Below are positions 29,801 to 38,646 of a stretch of DNA of 64,000 nt, piece after piece. The notes beneath the pieces are model-generated. The model saw only the letters and a list, made by a program, of their open reading frames with translations, did no database searches and was not told the origin of the DNA. The position numbers and the translations under genes are program-made. Source of the stretch: an uncultured Desulfatitalea sp. (GTDB taxonomy: Bacteria > Desulfobacterota > Desulfobacteria > Desulfobacterales > Desulfosarcinaceae); NCBI GenBank assembly GCA_963668675.2, contig CAXXMB010000002.1, forward strand, positions 864,001 to 928,000, in the 5' to 3' direction. Numbering within the stretch: position 1 is the stretch's first letter; each line of letters starts with the position of its first letter.

Positions 29801-30624
29801 TGCCTTCGGCCAAGATGGACGACGTTGTGTCGGACGCCGACTATATCTGCGGTTTTGTGGATGACCTCGTCAAATCCGGGAACACGTTCAATGCGGTGCG
29901 AATCGATTATGATGTGACCGTACGCGGAGACGACGGGAAAATGCTGGACCGGCAGCAGGTCAGCGTGGTGCTGGCCGGCGCAGAGCAGAGCCCAGCCCGA
30001 TCACCGATAACGTTGGACGGATGCCCCGCCCCCGAGGATGCCGTATACTCCGAAGGCCCTGCTAGAGGGGGAAAAAGAGTCGGGTATAAAAATCGTAACG
30101 ACCGATGGGTCGGTCCATATTTCCAGTACTATGATTCCTGGGATGGTAAGAGTTCGCACCTTGCGCACAAAGGGTGCCTGGCCGAGACATCCGATGGTTA
30201 CACCACCCACCGGGGACCGTTCATCGGATTTGCGTCTGGTGGCTGGAAGCAAATGACAGCGACGGTTTTGGAGGGGGACCCGATGAGCACTTCAGGACGT
30301 GTCAAATATGAAGGCCCAGTCCGCTATTGGAACAAAAAAGGAGAAATAACCCAAGAGACCAACTACAGCAAGGGCTTGCGGGACGGTCCGTACATCCTCT
30401 GGGATCAAAAAACGGGTCTAAAAGAACAGGAGACCCACTACCGCAACGACCTGAAAAATGGCTTTTACCGTTCATGGCGCGGCAACATCAAAATCGTGGA
30501 AGGCCAATACAGAAACAACAAGAGACACGGTACCTGGCGATATTGGAACCACAAGAGCGGAAAACTGGGACTGGTTCGGGAGTATCGCGACGACAAAATT
30601 GTAAAGCAAAAGTATTACAAGTAG
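26899..30624 (+). CDS. Large secreted hypothetical protein with C-terminal MORN-variant (YwqK-like) repeats
   Basis: Signal peptide; repeats such as ETNYSKGLRDGPYILW, ETHYRNDLKNGFYRSW, EGQYRNNKRHGTWRYW. Confidence 0.8.
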   Translation: MRYAMKWLLFSVRLGLLLFPLLFQFAAVSPLFAGSREVTTAELTAVHNAYRQAAAQGFTPESMAAIYRLDNAAAAVKKLVDLDGSGHPMSISKAHSLRMEATRQQMNLTILRKLAKITGGTVEVLNFGKMNGIRSDKDQTLYAVDGKRHYTGEEICKAYERLFNDTYKIDLKRMDMELFNGDARVPDWRDAGMSFSQFKKQYKEGEARLMQNEPAYKGGAYRAQVDKRSATMGRVTMTKYVGTDSSGKDSFEQMVDAPAVEASSQYKQWAADVPYRNAMDSCHQNLQRFRDNEDFIDKMKYFNRTIGDGINTLALENWRMDYIFDLDKLAREGRHQEIDRLLRTMVNDVFTVDLSGADKQHFFKVIRIAAQIEIDKIQGRFRGEAQYLKPILADVAKTSPDLSLEERHRQAKERFFAFQERIMKHNLAVTARQKIQRDLSPRRLKMVAAKYGPEQAAKLEWETGKRLERIFSEIDDDRLVRRIIDDAPPELRETLKQIHACERIRRTKGRRPPIHLVQSDPDKARRHGPDEIDAIVRKKQSAAAERESETDLFLSALREKFSQFDADLRAGRHSDAEISRRMHARVLSELGFEERAVLRKMEVEFERRFSGRKLLGNVVSLGNADSLINMIRVYQRTGDWHQVAQTAVWELVSNVPGVSQMATLKQAFNDGNCEGLAWMYIAWQMPAAGQVKLVFDVAKGTVEIVYHHMMDPLADDRLAQVYQGYISAQPAGWSPFQPGWKTRQNAIADSILHFVPGDTFPQKRTNMYAYFQEKLDQRLRRQGLDPTTTDYWIKRDTVVTPFFRSYVTDYFEARGEWSQNVTAGLKGIGTQEQLKTRLVARLASDFRTGEVMWEDATEARWQLEKAIAQQQALRMRNIRTEKKLIAAGDFLSDRLGLAYQQAAAKVEKPKVSELAVQAEAYPPVVSEGQEVTINVKVLGPNIAKRQSEAHPVEIRVAGITSLAKNQKVPSAKMDDVVSDADYICGFVDDLVKSGNTFNAVRIDYDVTVRGDDGKMLDRQQVSVVLAGAEQSPARSPITLDGCPAPEDAVYSEGPARGGKRVGYKNRNDRWVGPYFQYYDSWDGKSSHLAHKGCLAETSDGYTTHRGPFIGFASGGWKQMTATVLEGDPMSTSGRVKYEGPVRYWNKKGEITQETNYSKGLRDGPYILWDQKTGLKEQETHYRNDLKNGFYRSWRGNIKIVEGQYRNNKRHGTWRYWNHKSGKLGLVREYRDDKIVKQKYYK

Positions 30625-30653
30625 AAAAGCCATATTTGCAACGGGCAGGAAGC

Positions 30654-32279
30654 ATGATGGAAATGAACGACGAAACAGTCGAAAAGGGTATCCGGCTTCA
30701 ACTCATGTTTCTGGCCGTTGTTTTTCCTCTATTGTTTTTTTTGGGGAGTGCGGCATCGGCCGCCGCCAACATTTCTCTCAGTGTGCCAGATGTCATTCAT
30801 CAAGGCGAAGATGTGCCTTTGGAACTGGGCCTGGGCAGCCTGGCAAGCCAGGGGAAGGTTCCGGTGGCTATCACCGTCCGGCTTTTTCCCGATAGCGGCC
30901 CCTCCCGGCAACCCAAGGCACGGTATCACGCTAAAAAGGAGATTGCTGCACCACCAGACGGCCATGCCCACATGGTGATCCCCGGCAGTGCCTTTAGCAG
31001 GCCGGGCCGTTATCTGATCACGGCAGTGAGCGACACGGTGCCCGAAGTTGTGGGCCATGTTGAGTTTCGGGTGAAAGGGTCGACCGGCAGCGAAGAAGTT
31101 TCAAAGCAGCCCGATACGGCTATTCCGCCCGTCTCCGAAATTAATACCCAGGCTTTCTCCCCTGCCACCGATTCAAAGATCGACGCCCTGATCGCCAAGG
31201 GTCGGGCCAATAGCGACCAAAAGAACTACGATCAGGCAGTCTCTCTTTTCAACCAGGCGCTGGCTCTGCAACCCAACCACGTAAAGGCGCTGTATGAGCG
31301 CGGCCGGGCTCAATACAAAGACCAGCGCAAGGAGAAGGCGTTTGCGAATTTCAACCGAGCGCTTGAGATCGATGCCGGTTATGAAGATGCACTCTACTAC
31401 CGCAGTGTCTGCTATACAGATCAAGGCGCCCATGATCTTGCCATCGCCGATGCGTCACACGCCATCCGGGTCAATCCCACATCTTCCTGGAATTATATCG
31501 CACGTGGCAACGCTTATTTCCAATGGGGCCTCGCCACTAAAAATGATGGCACCGCCAAGAGAAAATACTATAAGGCTGCGATAGACGACTTCACCCGCGC
31601 CATCCAGTACAAGCACAAGGAACTGGAAGCCGCTTACAACAACCGGGGGGTGGCGTATCGACACCTGGGGCAATGCCAGAAGGCCATTGCCGATTACACG
31701 CGTGCCATCGAAATCAAAGACAGCGTAGCCCATCACTACGCCAACCGGGCATACTGTTATTGTGAAATAAAAGCCTTTCAGAAATCTCTGGCGGACTACA
31801 ATCGAGCGCTCTCGATAGACCCCCAAAGGATCGGAGATTATGCCGAGCGGGGTCTTGTCTACCGGCAATTGAAACACTATGATACGGCCATTGCCGACCT
31901 GACCTGGGCCATCGAGCATAACATCACTAAAAGCTGGGTCTACGCCAATCGCGGTGCCTGCTACCTGGCCAAAAAGGATTTCCAGGCGGCGATCCGGGAC
32001 TGCTCCGTGGCCATCGAAAAGAACGGCCGCTACGAGTGGGCCATTGCCAATCGGGGGCAGGCGTATCTGAATTCGGGAAACCCGAAGCTTGCCCTTGCGG
32101 ATTTCGAACGGGCGGCTGCCCTGAATCCGAACGATGCCTGGAACCTGGCCCACCGCGGTGAAGCTCACCGAAAACTGGGCAATCGCAAGGCGGCCGTCAG
32201 AGATTTCAAACAAGCCTTGAAACGCGATCCCGGGTACGCATGGGCAAAAAACAGGTTAGAAACGATCAAAAAGAGATAG
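30654..32279 (+). CDS. Exported TPR-repeat protein
   Basis: Signal/TM segment, beta-rich domain, then many Y.NRG/A..D...AI TPR units. Confidence 0.9.
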   Translation: MMEMNDETVEKGIRLQLMFLAVVFPLLFFLGSAASAAANISLSVPDVIHQGEDVPLELGLGSLASQGKVPVAITVRLFPDSGPSRQPKARYHAKKEIAAPPDGHAHMVIPGSAFSRPGRYLITAVSDTVPEVVGHVEFRVKGSTGSEEVSKQPDTAIPPVSEINTQAFSPATDSKIDALIAKGRANSDQKNYDQAVSLFNQALALQPNHVKALYERGRAQYKDQRKEKAFANFNRALEIDAGYEDALYYRSVCYTDQGAHDLAIADASHAIRVNPTSSWNYIARGNAYFQWGLATKNDGTAKRKYYKAAIDDFTRAIQYKHKELEAAYNNRGVAYRHLGQCQKAIADYTRAIEIKDSVAHHYANRAYCYCEIKAFQKSLADYNRALSIDPQRIGDYAERGLVYRQLKHYDTAIADLTWAIEHNITKSWVYANRGACYLAKKDFQAAIRDCSVAIEKNGRYEWAIANRGQAYLNSGNPKLALADFERAAALNPNDAWNLAHRGEAHRKLGNRKAAVRDFKQALKRDPGYAWAKNRLETIKKR

Positions 32280-32551
32280 AAAACACTATATCTTATCAGT
32301 TACAAACCAGGCATTGAGGCGAAAGCGCCCGTCCGTGTCGATCACGCGAAAACCGGTATTCGCGGTTGCATCGGCAAACTCGGCACGGTCGAGGCGGACG
32401 TTTTAGGATGTTCGAGCAACCGGATAAAATTCTGGTTTGTGGCGCGGTCGATCCCAACATGACCTTTATCATTCCCATGGTGGCCTCGGTTGTCGAGCGG
32501 CACGGCGCTATGAGCCAACGAATAATTATCGGTAACCGTTCCTTCCAATCC

Positions 32552-32580
32552 TTGACACTACTGGAAAAGGGCCATATTTT
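32552..32580 (+). promoter_or_regulatory. Sigma-70-like promoter
   Basis: TTGACA-N17-TATTTT. Confidence 0.45.
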
Positions 32581-32787
32581 TGAAAGTATACTATTGAATG
32601 TATGGCTTGAAAATTCCATGCGACGACCGGTCGCAGATCTTTCTGTCTGACCTGAACCGCCCGCTGACAACCGACATAGGCATCACCTTGTAACTGCCCT
32701 GTACTGAAAACCAGCCTTTATCTGCTTTATCACGTTCCCAGGCCGTACCCTTTTAGTTCCAAACAATCAAACAAGAAGGAGCCGTAA

Positions 32788-33099
32788 ATGGACGTAATGG
32801 ATTACTGCAAAGCGATGGAGATGGAGATGACGGCCTGGAAGGCCAAGCTTTATGACACCATGCGCAAAATCGACAGGCTGGGGAGCGCTGAAAAAGAACA
32901 TATTCTTCCCAATATGCAGGATCTTCACATCTATTTGAAAGAGATGGAGGACCGGGTGGCGCAGCTGAAGACCGAGTGTCCGACCGAGTGGAGCCCTGTC
33001 AAACAAGAAATCGACAAGGGAACGGTAGACATGCGTGGCAAGTATGAGGAAACCATGGATGCCATCGGCAAGGCGTCACCGGTATCGGTACCCGGATAG
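32788..33099 (+). CDS. Small helical hypothetical protein
   Basis: RBS AAGGAG; coiled-coil-like with two Cys. Confidence 0.8.
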   Translation: MDVMDYCKAMEMEMTAWKAKLYDTMRKIDRLGSAEKEHILPNMQDLHIYLKEMEDRVAQLKTECPTEWSPVKQEIDKGTVDMRGKYEETMDAIGKASPVSVPG

Positions 33100-33272
33100 A
33101 TCGAGTGATCAGAAATTATATAGTTGCTCTTATCCAGTATAGATCGAGCTCTTATTACGTTCACTTCTCCCGCTGAATGGCCAGGTAGTGGCCAATGTCA
33201 CATTCGGCGTTGCGGATCTCCACGATTTTCCACTCCGTGTTAAGGTTTTTGCAGCTTGTTACGGCTGCGGCG

Positions 33273-33866
33273 CTATCGGATAAATCCCAATTCACCGCGC
33301 ACACGGTAAGCGCCGTTGCAGAGCAGCTCGACCAACACCCCATGCCCGGAACTTACCGCTTCACCTGTGATTCCGGCGATGGTTACGTAGTGGGTCACCA
33401 TGATAATCAGTCGACCTTCAAATGGTTGTTTAGACAGAAACGCACGAAGTGCGGAGAGCTTGGGTTCGCGATCCTGGGGGCGCTCGAAAAAAGAGTTCAG
33501 TGCCGGCAGCTCGTTTACAGGGCCCAGCCCGAGTAATTCAGCCGTTTCAAGGCAGCGGCACCACTGGCTGGAGTAAACACGAGCCTCCAAAACACCCCTA
33601 TTGCGCAGCCATCTCCCGATCTCTCGCGCCTGCTCACGACCTTGCTCATTGAGATTTCTCTGGGTTGCACAATCCCCTATATCGAAGTGGCTCGGATCGC
33701 CGCTACCGGGCGCGAAGGCATGTCTAATCAACAATATATGCCCGCCGGCCTTCAACCGCTCGACCAGCTCTGCAGGGGATGACGCGGCGCTCTGCGCAAA
33801 GAATATCAAAACGGATACCACCGATAGGGAGGAAGCGGTTAAGATGACCATCAAATATTTTTTCAT
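33273..33866 (-). CDS. Histidine phosphatase family protein, exported
   Basis: LIRHA, RNL..QG, YSSQWCRCLETA, VTH. Confidence 0.88.
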   Translation of the reverse strand: MKKYLMVILTASSLSVVSVLIFFAQSAASSPAELVERLKAGGHILLIRHAFAPGSGDPSHFDIGDCATQRNLNEQGREQAREIGRWLRNRGVLEARVYSSQWCRCLETAELLGLGPVNELPALNSFFERPQDREPKLSALRAFLSKQPFEGRLIIMVTHYVTIAGITGEAVSSGHGVLVELLCNGAYRVRGELGFIR

Positions 33867-34142
33867 CTGTCACGTCCCTTCAATCGCGCGAGATTTGTTC
33901 CCAAACTGCTTCAACTGAATGGGCCCGTGTCTCGCTTTTCAACAGTTCATCAATTATACGCTGGTAAGCTTAAGGAGAGAAGCGGAAATCACGCCGTTGG
34001 CATCCCATACAAAACACCCCTCAGGCGGGGACCATGGCAAACCTGCTGCTTTTAGACGTCGCGCAGCGAACAGAACCTTTTCATCAAATAAGATGGGCGA
34101 CAGATCGTCAAAATTATGATACTTCTCCCCCCTAAAAAAAAG

Positions 34143-34175
34143 AAAAGGAGAGACCCGACGGCCTCTCCTTTTTTC
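34143..34175. terminator. Intrinsic terminator
   Basis: AAAAGGAGAG...CTCTCCTTTT flanked by A and T tracts. Confidence 0.75.
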
Positions 34176-34213
34176 ATCGCTGCGACAGGTACAACGCGGG
34201 GTGGGAGTAGCGC

Positions 34214-35182
34214 CTATCCCTCAGCATCTTTTTCGAGTTGATCCAGCTTATCGGGATCTGAAACAGCGATATCCACGAGCGCTTTCGGGATCGAGCTCTG
34301 CTCGCACATCACCCGGATCTCCTTCTCCTCTTCGCTGAACTCCATAATTTCGCGGATCGACTCGATGTAACCGAGCATGTCGTCGGCCGATATATCTTCC
34401 AGTGCAGGCCCCTCAGCCTCCTTCTTCTTGCGCGCGGCCTCCTCTTCGGCCAACCGCTGCTTCTCCTTCAGCTCCTCCTCCATGGCCTTATTGGCGGCAT
34501 CGATGTCCGCCTGGCCCACTCCCGCCATTTCAATCATCAACGCTTCGGCAACATTGTTATCAAAAAGGTACCGGATCTTCTCTTCATTGCTCTTATCCGC
34601 CACCTTTTCGAGCAGGCCGGCAACCCGTTTTCTTTCCGCACGCTCCGCCGCTATATCGGCATGCACCTGCTTCAGCTTATCCTCTGCAAGCTCCATGGCA
34701 CTGGTGATCACAGCGTCATCCACCTCCTCCTTGATGAGCAGGCGGATGCCCTCGTCGCCCTGAAGGCCCTTTGCCTTGGCAATCAGCAGGTCGAGTTTCG
34801 CCTGCTCTACCATCCCGACCACATCGGGCCTGCAGGCCGAGCTTCTCAGCTCCGGCCATGTATCGCCCAGTTTGTCGAGCATGTTGCTCGTGGCAAGAAA
34901 GGGGTCGGCCACGGTTTCCAGTGTGAGGGCCGAAATCTCGGCATTGAAATCTTTCAGCATCGGCCGCCCGATGCTGCGCGCCTTATCCACCGCAAACCTC
35001 AGTTTGATTAAATTCCCCCCGTGATGCGAAACATTGTACCCGGCATCGTCAAGCTCGCCTGCCATCTGTTGAATCGAAGCTTCCGGGTTTTCCCCCGAAA
35101 GAACCTCAGATTCGAACTTTAGGATACTCTCCTCAATTAAAAACCAGAGCGGCTTTTTCCCCGTTTCCTCGTTACTCGCCAT
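34214..35182 (-). CDS. Acidic helical hypothetical protein
   Basis: Long ORF, RBS AAGGAG, terminator downstream. Confidence 0.8.
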   Translation of the reverse strand: MASNEETGKKPLWFLIEESILKFESEVLSGENPEASIQQMAGELDDAGYNVSHHGGNLIKLRFAVDKARSIGRPMLKDFNAEISALTLETVADPFLATSNMLDKLGDTWPELRSSACRPDVVGMVEQAKLDLLIAKAKGLQGDEGIRLLIKEEVDDAVITSAMELAEDKLKQVHADIAAERAERKRVAGLLEKVADKSNEEKIRYLFDNNVAEALMIEMAGVGQADIDAANKAMEEELKEKQRLAEEEAARKKKEAEGPALEDISADDMLGYIESIREIMEFSEEEKEIRVMCEQSSIPKALVDIAVSDPDKLDQLEKDAEG

Positions 35183-35620
35183 TTTCCAATCTCCTTTCAA
35201 TCATTTAAACCGATTCAAGCCTGGGCATTCCCACCTCATCATTTAGGAGCTAATGATCGCCTACCCTACCGTGTTTCGTCGATCATTAACTCCATAAGTT
35301 TGCCCTTACCTTCATATACCATGTTGGTTTAACAGGTTTTATTACGTTTCAGACGATAACTATATGCGATGCCAAATCGGTATGCAATTTATTAATGACA
35401 AGATATGGCCGGACGCTCAAGCAAAAAAACCGCTATCACTCAATTGTCTGGTTGAAATTGGATACGATCTGGAAAACAGAACACCATCGCCGAAAAAGCG
35501 CTCATTGTGCTTCACGCAGACCTTGGCTTTTCGCATCGCCTTGACCACCGCCCGGAATAGCAGCTTGGCAAACTTGGATGCATTTACGTGAAGCGCAATA
35601 TTCTCTTTTCTTTCATTTTT

Positions 35621-36259
35621 CTAAATTTCGAGAACCTTTCCAGCCCCTCCTCCGATATAGCGGTCTGGATAGAGAGACGCTATTTCCTTTTGATACTGAG
35701 TACAATGGGTCGCACAGATCAGATCGAAACGTTTCAATGATTCAGGCCTGTTGCCATGCAATCCGCCGATAATCCCGTAGACATTTCCAAACCCGGACGC
35801 AGCCCCCAAGATGTCCACCATTGGCGGGTGTGAACAGCCCGCCACCAACACAATACCTTCCGGCGTGTCGATGCAGAGCGATTGCTCTATCCCGTCCAAC
35901 TCCCCGGTGGAATAGATGCCTTCGTATAGCCTTGCGGGGGCCTCTACCTCAACCACTTCTCTTGCATTTTTGACGCCCCGAAAAGAGGGAGGGACCCAGA
36001 TCTTCACACGATTGTTCTGATCCAGGAAAGCGGACAACCCCCCGGTATGATCGAAGTGAGCGTGGGAAATAAAAACGTCTCCGATCTCATCTGGGGCAAT
36101 TCCCAACTTGCTCATGTTTGAAAGCAGAATAGAACCACTTCCGCCGGTATCAAAAAGAATCGTTTTTCCATTTGCCTCAACAAGGGCGGAAAACCCCCAA
36201 TCGGCCTGAAGCTCCTGCGTGAAAGCAGTATTATCGTAGACAATGGTAACTCTCATCAT
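35621..36259 (-). CDS. MBL-fold metallo-hydrolase
   Basis: LFDTG, SHAHFDHTGG, GCSH, GGLH, HCT. Confidence 0.88.
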   Translation of the reverse strand: MMRVTIVYDNTAFTQELQADWGFSALVEANGKTILFDTGGSGSILLSNMSKLGIAPDEIGDVFISHAHFDHTGGLSAFLDQNNRVKIWVPPSFRGVKNAREVVEVEAPARLYEGIYSTGELDGIEQSLCIDTPEGIVLVAGCSHPPMVDILGAASGFGNVYGIIGGLHGNRPESLKRFDLICATHCTQYQKEIASLYPDRYIGGGAGKVLEI

Positions 36260-36396
36260 ATCTCTCCCCGAATCATCGTGTTGCGACACCTGAGCTAAAC
36301 CGGTTCTGTTGCATCTCTTTTCTGATGTTCACACCTGCCCGATAACGGTTGTTCCTCGCGGGCAGCGCTTCAACCTTGAGTGGTCCGCATTTCATG

Positions 36397-37782
36397 TCAC
36401 GCTGCCAGCAAGTAACCCGCATGCTGCCAGGCAGTGAGACCGCCGGCCAGGCTGTGGACATGGACGAACCCGTCCTGCTTGAGCCGGCTGGCCACGATAT
36501 TGGCCCGATACCCGGTGCCGCAAACCAGGATCACCTCCTCATCCTTGGGCATGTCCAGGCCACCTTCCAGGATATCCGTCATCGGCACATGGCGCGAATC
36601 GGCGATATAACCCTGGGCCCACTCCTCCTGGGTGCGCACATCCACCACACGGCAGACATCCCCATTTCCCAGCTGTTGCTTGAGCCCTTGGGCAGAGATC
36701 GGCGACAAGCTGTCGATCGGCATTCCATGGGCGATCCAAGCCGACATGCCACCAGACAGATAGCCGAAAATATTATCATAGCCGATCCGATGCAACTCGG
36801 TGGTCATCAAATCATACTTCTCCCGATCGTCCACCACCAGCAGAAGGTCGTCCAAAGGGTCGACCACCATGCCGATCCAGTTGGCCATCTGCTTCTCGAA
36901 ACCGATATTGATCGCACTGGGAATGTGGAAGCCGCCAAATGAGGCCGTGTCACGCGTATCAATCACCGTGGCCCCCTGCCTGCGAAGTTGGTCGAACTGA
37001 TCCGGATTGAGCGTCTGCTCCAGGGGGCAGCGCTCGAGCAGGGGCGCCCCCTGTATATTGGTATTGATAATATGGGTAAAACTTTTAGGACGAACGGGAA
37101 ACGCCCCGGCAATTTGGTCATGGAACGCATCGAACCCCTCCAGACCCAAAACCGGCTGGGTCAAACGTTCGTAGCCCAGTGTGCTGCTCGCCTTGGCGCT
37201 CAATCCCTTCCCGCAGAGGGACCCCTGGCCATGGGCCGGGAAAACCTCCAGATAGTCCGGCAGGCGCTGCAGTTTTTCATATAGCGAATCATACAGGTTA
37301 TGAACCTGCTCCTCCAGAATCTCGGCCCCGGCCAGATCCGGCCGCCCGATGGACCCGACGAAAAGAAGGTCGCCGGTCAGTATCATCCAGGGAAGTTCCG
37401 CCCGCGCTTTGTCCGTTACCAGAATCGACAGGGAGTTCGGTGTGTGGCCCGGGGTGTAGAGGATCTCGAGCTTGACCATGCCGAACTCGATGATATCACC
37501 CTCTTTCAACTTCTGGTGCTCGAAATTGACCGGCGCGTTTTCATTGAAATAGATCGCCGCCCCGGTCCGTGATTTCAGCTCCTGGTTGCCGCTGACATGA
37601 TCGGCGTGCACATGGGTTTCAATGATGTGGGTGATCTTCATCCCTTCATCGCGGGAGATGTCCATGTAGTCCTGCACATCCCGTTTGGGATCCACCACCA
37701 CCGCCTGCCTTGCTCCGGGACAACCAATGACATAAGAGTTGCACCCCAGCCCCGGCACTGTAATCTGTTTAAAATACATCAT
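36397..37782 (-). CDS. MBL-fold (persulfide dioxygenase-like)-rhodanese fusion, CstB-like architecture
   Basis: ETHVHADH, TPGHT, GDLLF..GRPDL, PAHG; two rhodanese domains, the last with CGTGYRA. Confidence 0.88.
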   Translation of the reverse strand: MMYFKQITVPGLGCNSYVIGCPGARQAVVVDPKRDVQDYMDISRDEGMKITHIIETHVHADHVSGNQELKSRTGAAIYFNENAPVNFEHQKLKEGDIIEFGMVKLEILYTPGHTPNSLSILVTDKARAELPWMILTGDLLFVGSIGRPDLAGAEILEEQVHNLYDSLYEKLQRLPDYLEVFPAHGQGSLCGKGLSAKASSTLGYERLTQPVLGLEGFDAFHDQIAGAFPVRPKSFTHIINTNIQGAPLLERCPLEQTLNPDQFDQLRRQGATVIDTRDTASFGGFHIPSAINIGFEKQMANWIGMVVDPLDDLLLVVDDREKYDLMTTELHRIGYDNIFGYLSGGMSAWIAHGMPIDSLSPISAQGLKQQLGNGDVCRVVDVRTQEEWAQGYIADSRHVPMTDILEGGLDMPKDEEVILVCGTGYRANIVASRLKQDGFVHVHSLAGGLTAWQHAGYLLAA

Positions 37783-37871
37783 TCACCTCCGTTATTGAAC
37801 ACGTTCATGTAAAAAGGTATCGTCGCGCATCGTTCATGCTCGACGACCACGGTTTGCTCTCTAATAGATGA

Positions 37872-38480
37872 TCATTGCGGTACATCCGACAGGGTCGTTT
37901 TGATGGCCTCCACGAAGTGGTAAAACAGACTCGTCCGCTTCCTCTTCGAACGGCGGTCAAGATGTTCAAACATCTTCTCTCTGAGTCCTCTCGAAATTTC
38001 CAGCTGCACACCTTCGCCACTTTTGCATCGGTTGCAAATGTTTTCAGGATTGATGCCGCGAAGCCCTGGCGCCTCACTGATCACAGCGCAAAATCCGGCT
38101 CTTCTCAGGGCCTGCGTTATGTTCTGCATCAGTGCCTGCTTTAGACCGCCTATGAACACCGCATGCCCCGTGTCTCTTGCACCGTGAACCGAAATGACAA
38201 CAGATGCATTTTGACAAATCCTCGATCCGATGGGTTCATCATAGCGGTTACTGGTGAGGTGCAATATGGTATTGCCTTTTTGCTTTATCCCTTTGAAAGC
38301 ATAAAATGTATAATCGTTTCCCGCTATCTCGTCTGCGATATCGATCGTTCCAGGCTCGATGCCACCCCCGTGGGGCGCGATGATGGCAACTTTTGAGTCG
38401 AGCACACGGCATAAAAGAGTGTAATCTTCACCCTCTCTTTCATGCTTGGCCAACTCGGCAAAATTTGGATAGTGGTCCAT
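37872..38480 (-). CDS. Poly-gamma-glutamate hydrolase family protein (DUF867)
   Basis: APHGGGIEPGT, LHLTS..YDEP, SVHG, NICN...GVQLEIS. Confidence 0.85.
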   Translation of the reverse strand: MDHYPNFAELAKHEREGEDYTLLCRVLDSKVAIIAPHGGGIEPGTIDIADEIAGNDYTFYAFKGIKQKGNTILHLTSNRYDEPIGSRICQNASVVISVHGARDTGHAVFIGGLKQALMQNITQALRRAGFCAVISEAPGLRGINPENICNRCKSGEGVQLEISRGLREKMFEHLDRRSKRKRTSLFYHFVEAIKTTLSDVPQ

Positions 38481-38646
38481 TCGGTTTGGTTTTATGCAAA
38501 CGTTAGGTCCTGCCTAATTTCTGAAACAGACACATTTAAATCGTACTCTCATTTGACGATATTATCACCACATGTTTAATCGTCGTACAACTTTATACAT
38601 CATCCCCTCTTGCGACAACTCATTAAATTGGCTATAAAATCACACC

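Noticed and set aside
30327..30653. Extended N-terminus of the TPR ORF
   Set aside because: Overlaps the upstream gene; the signal segment fits a start near 30654.
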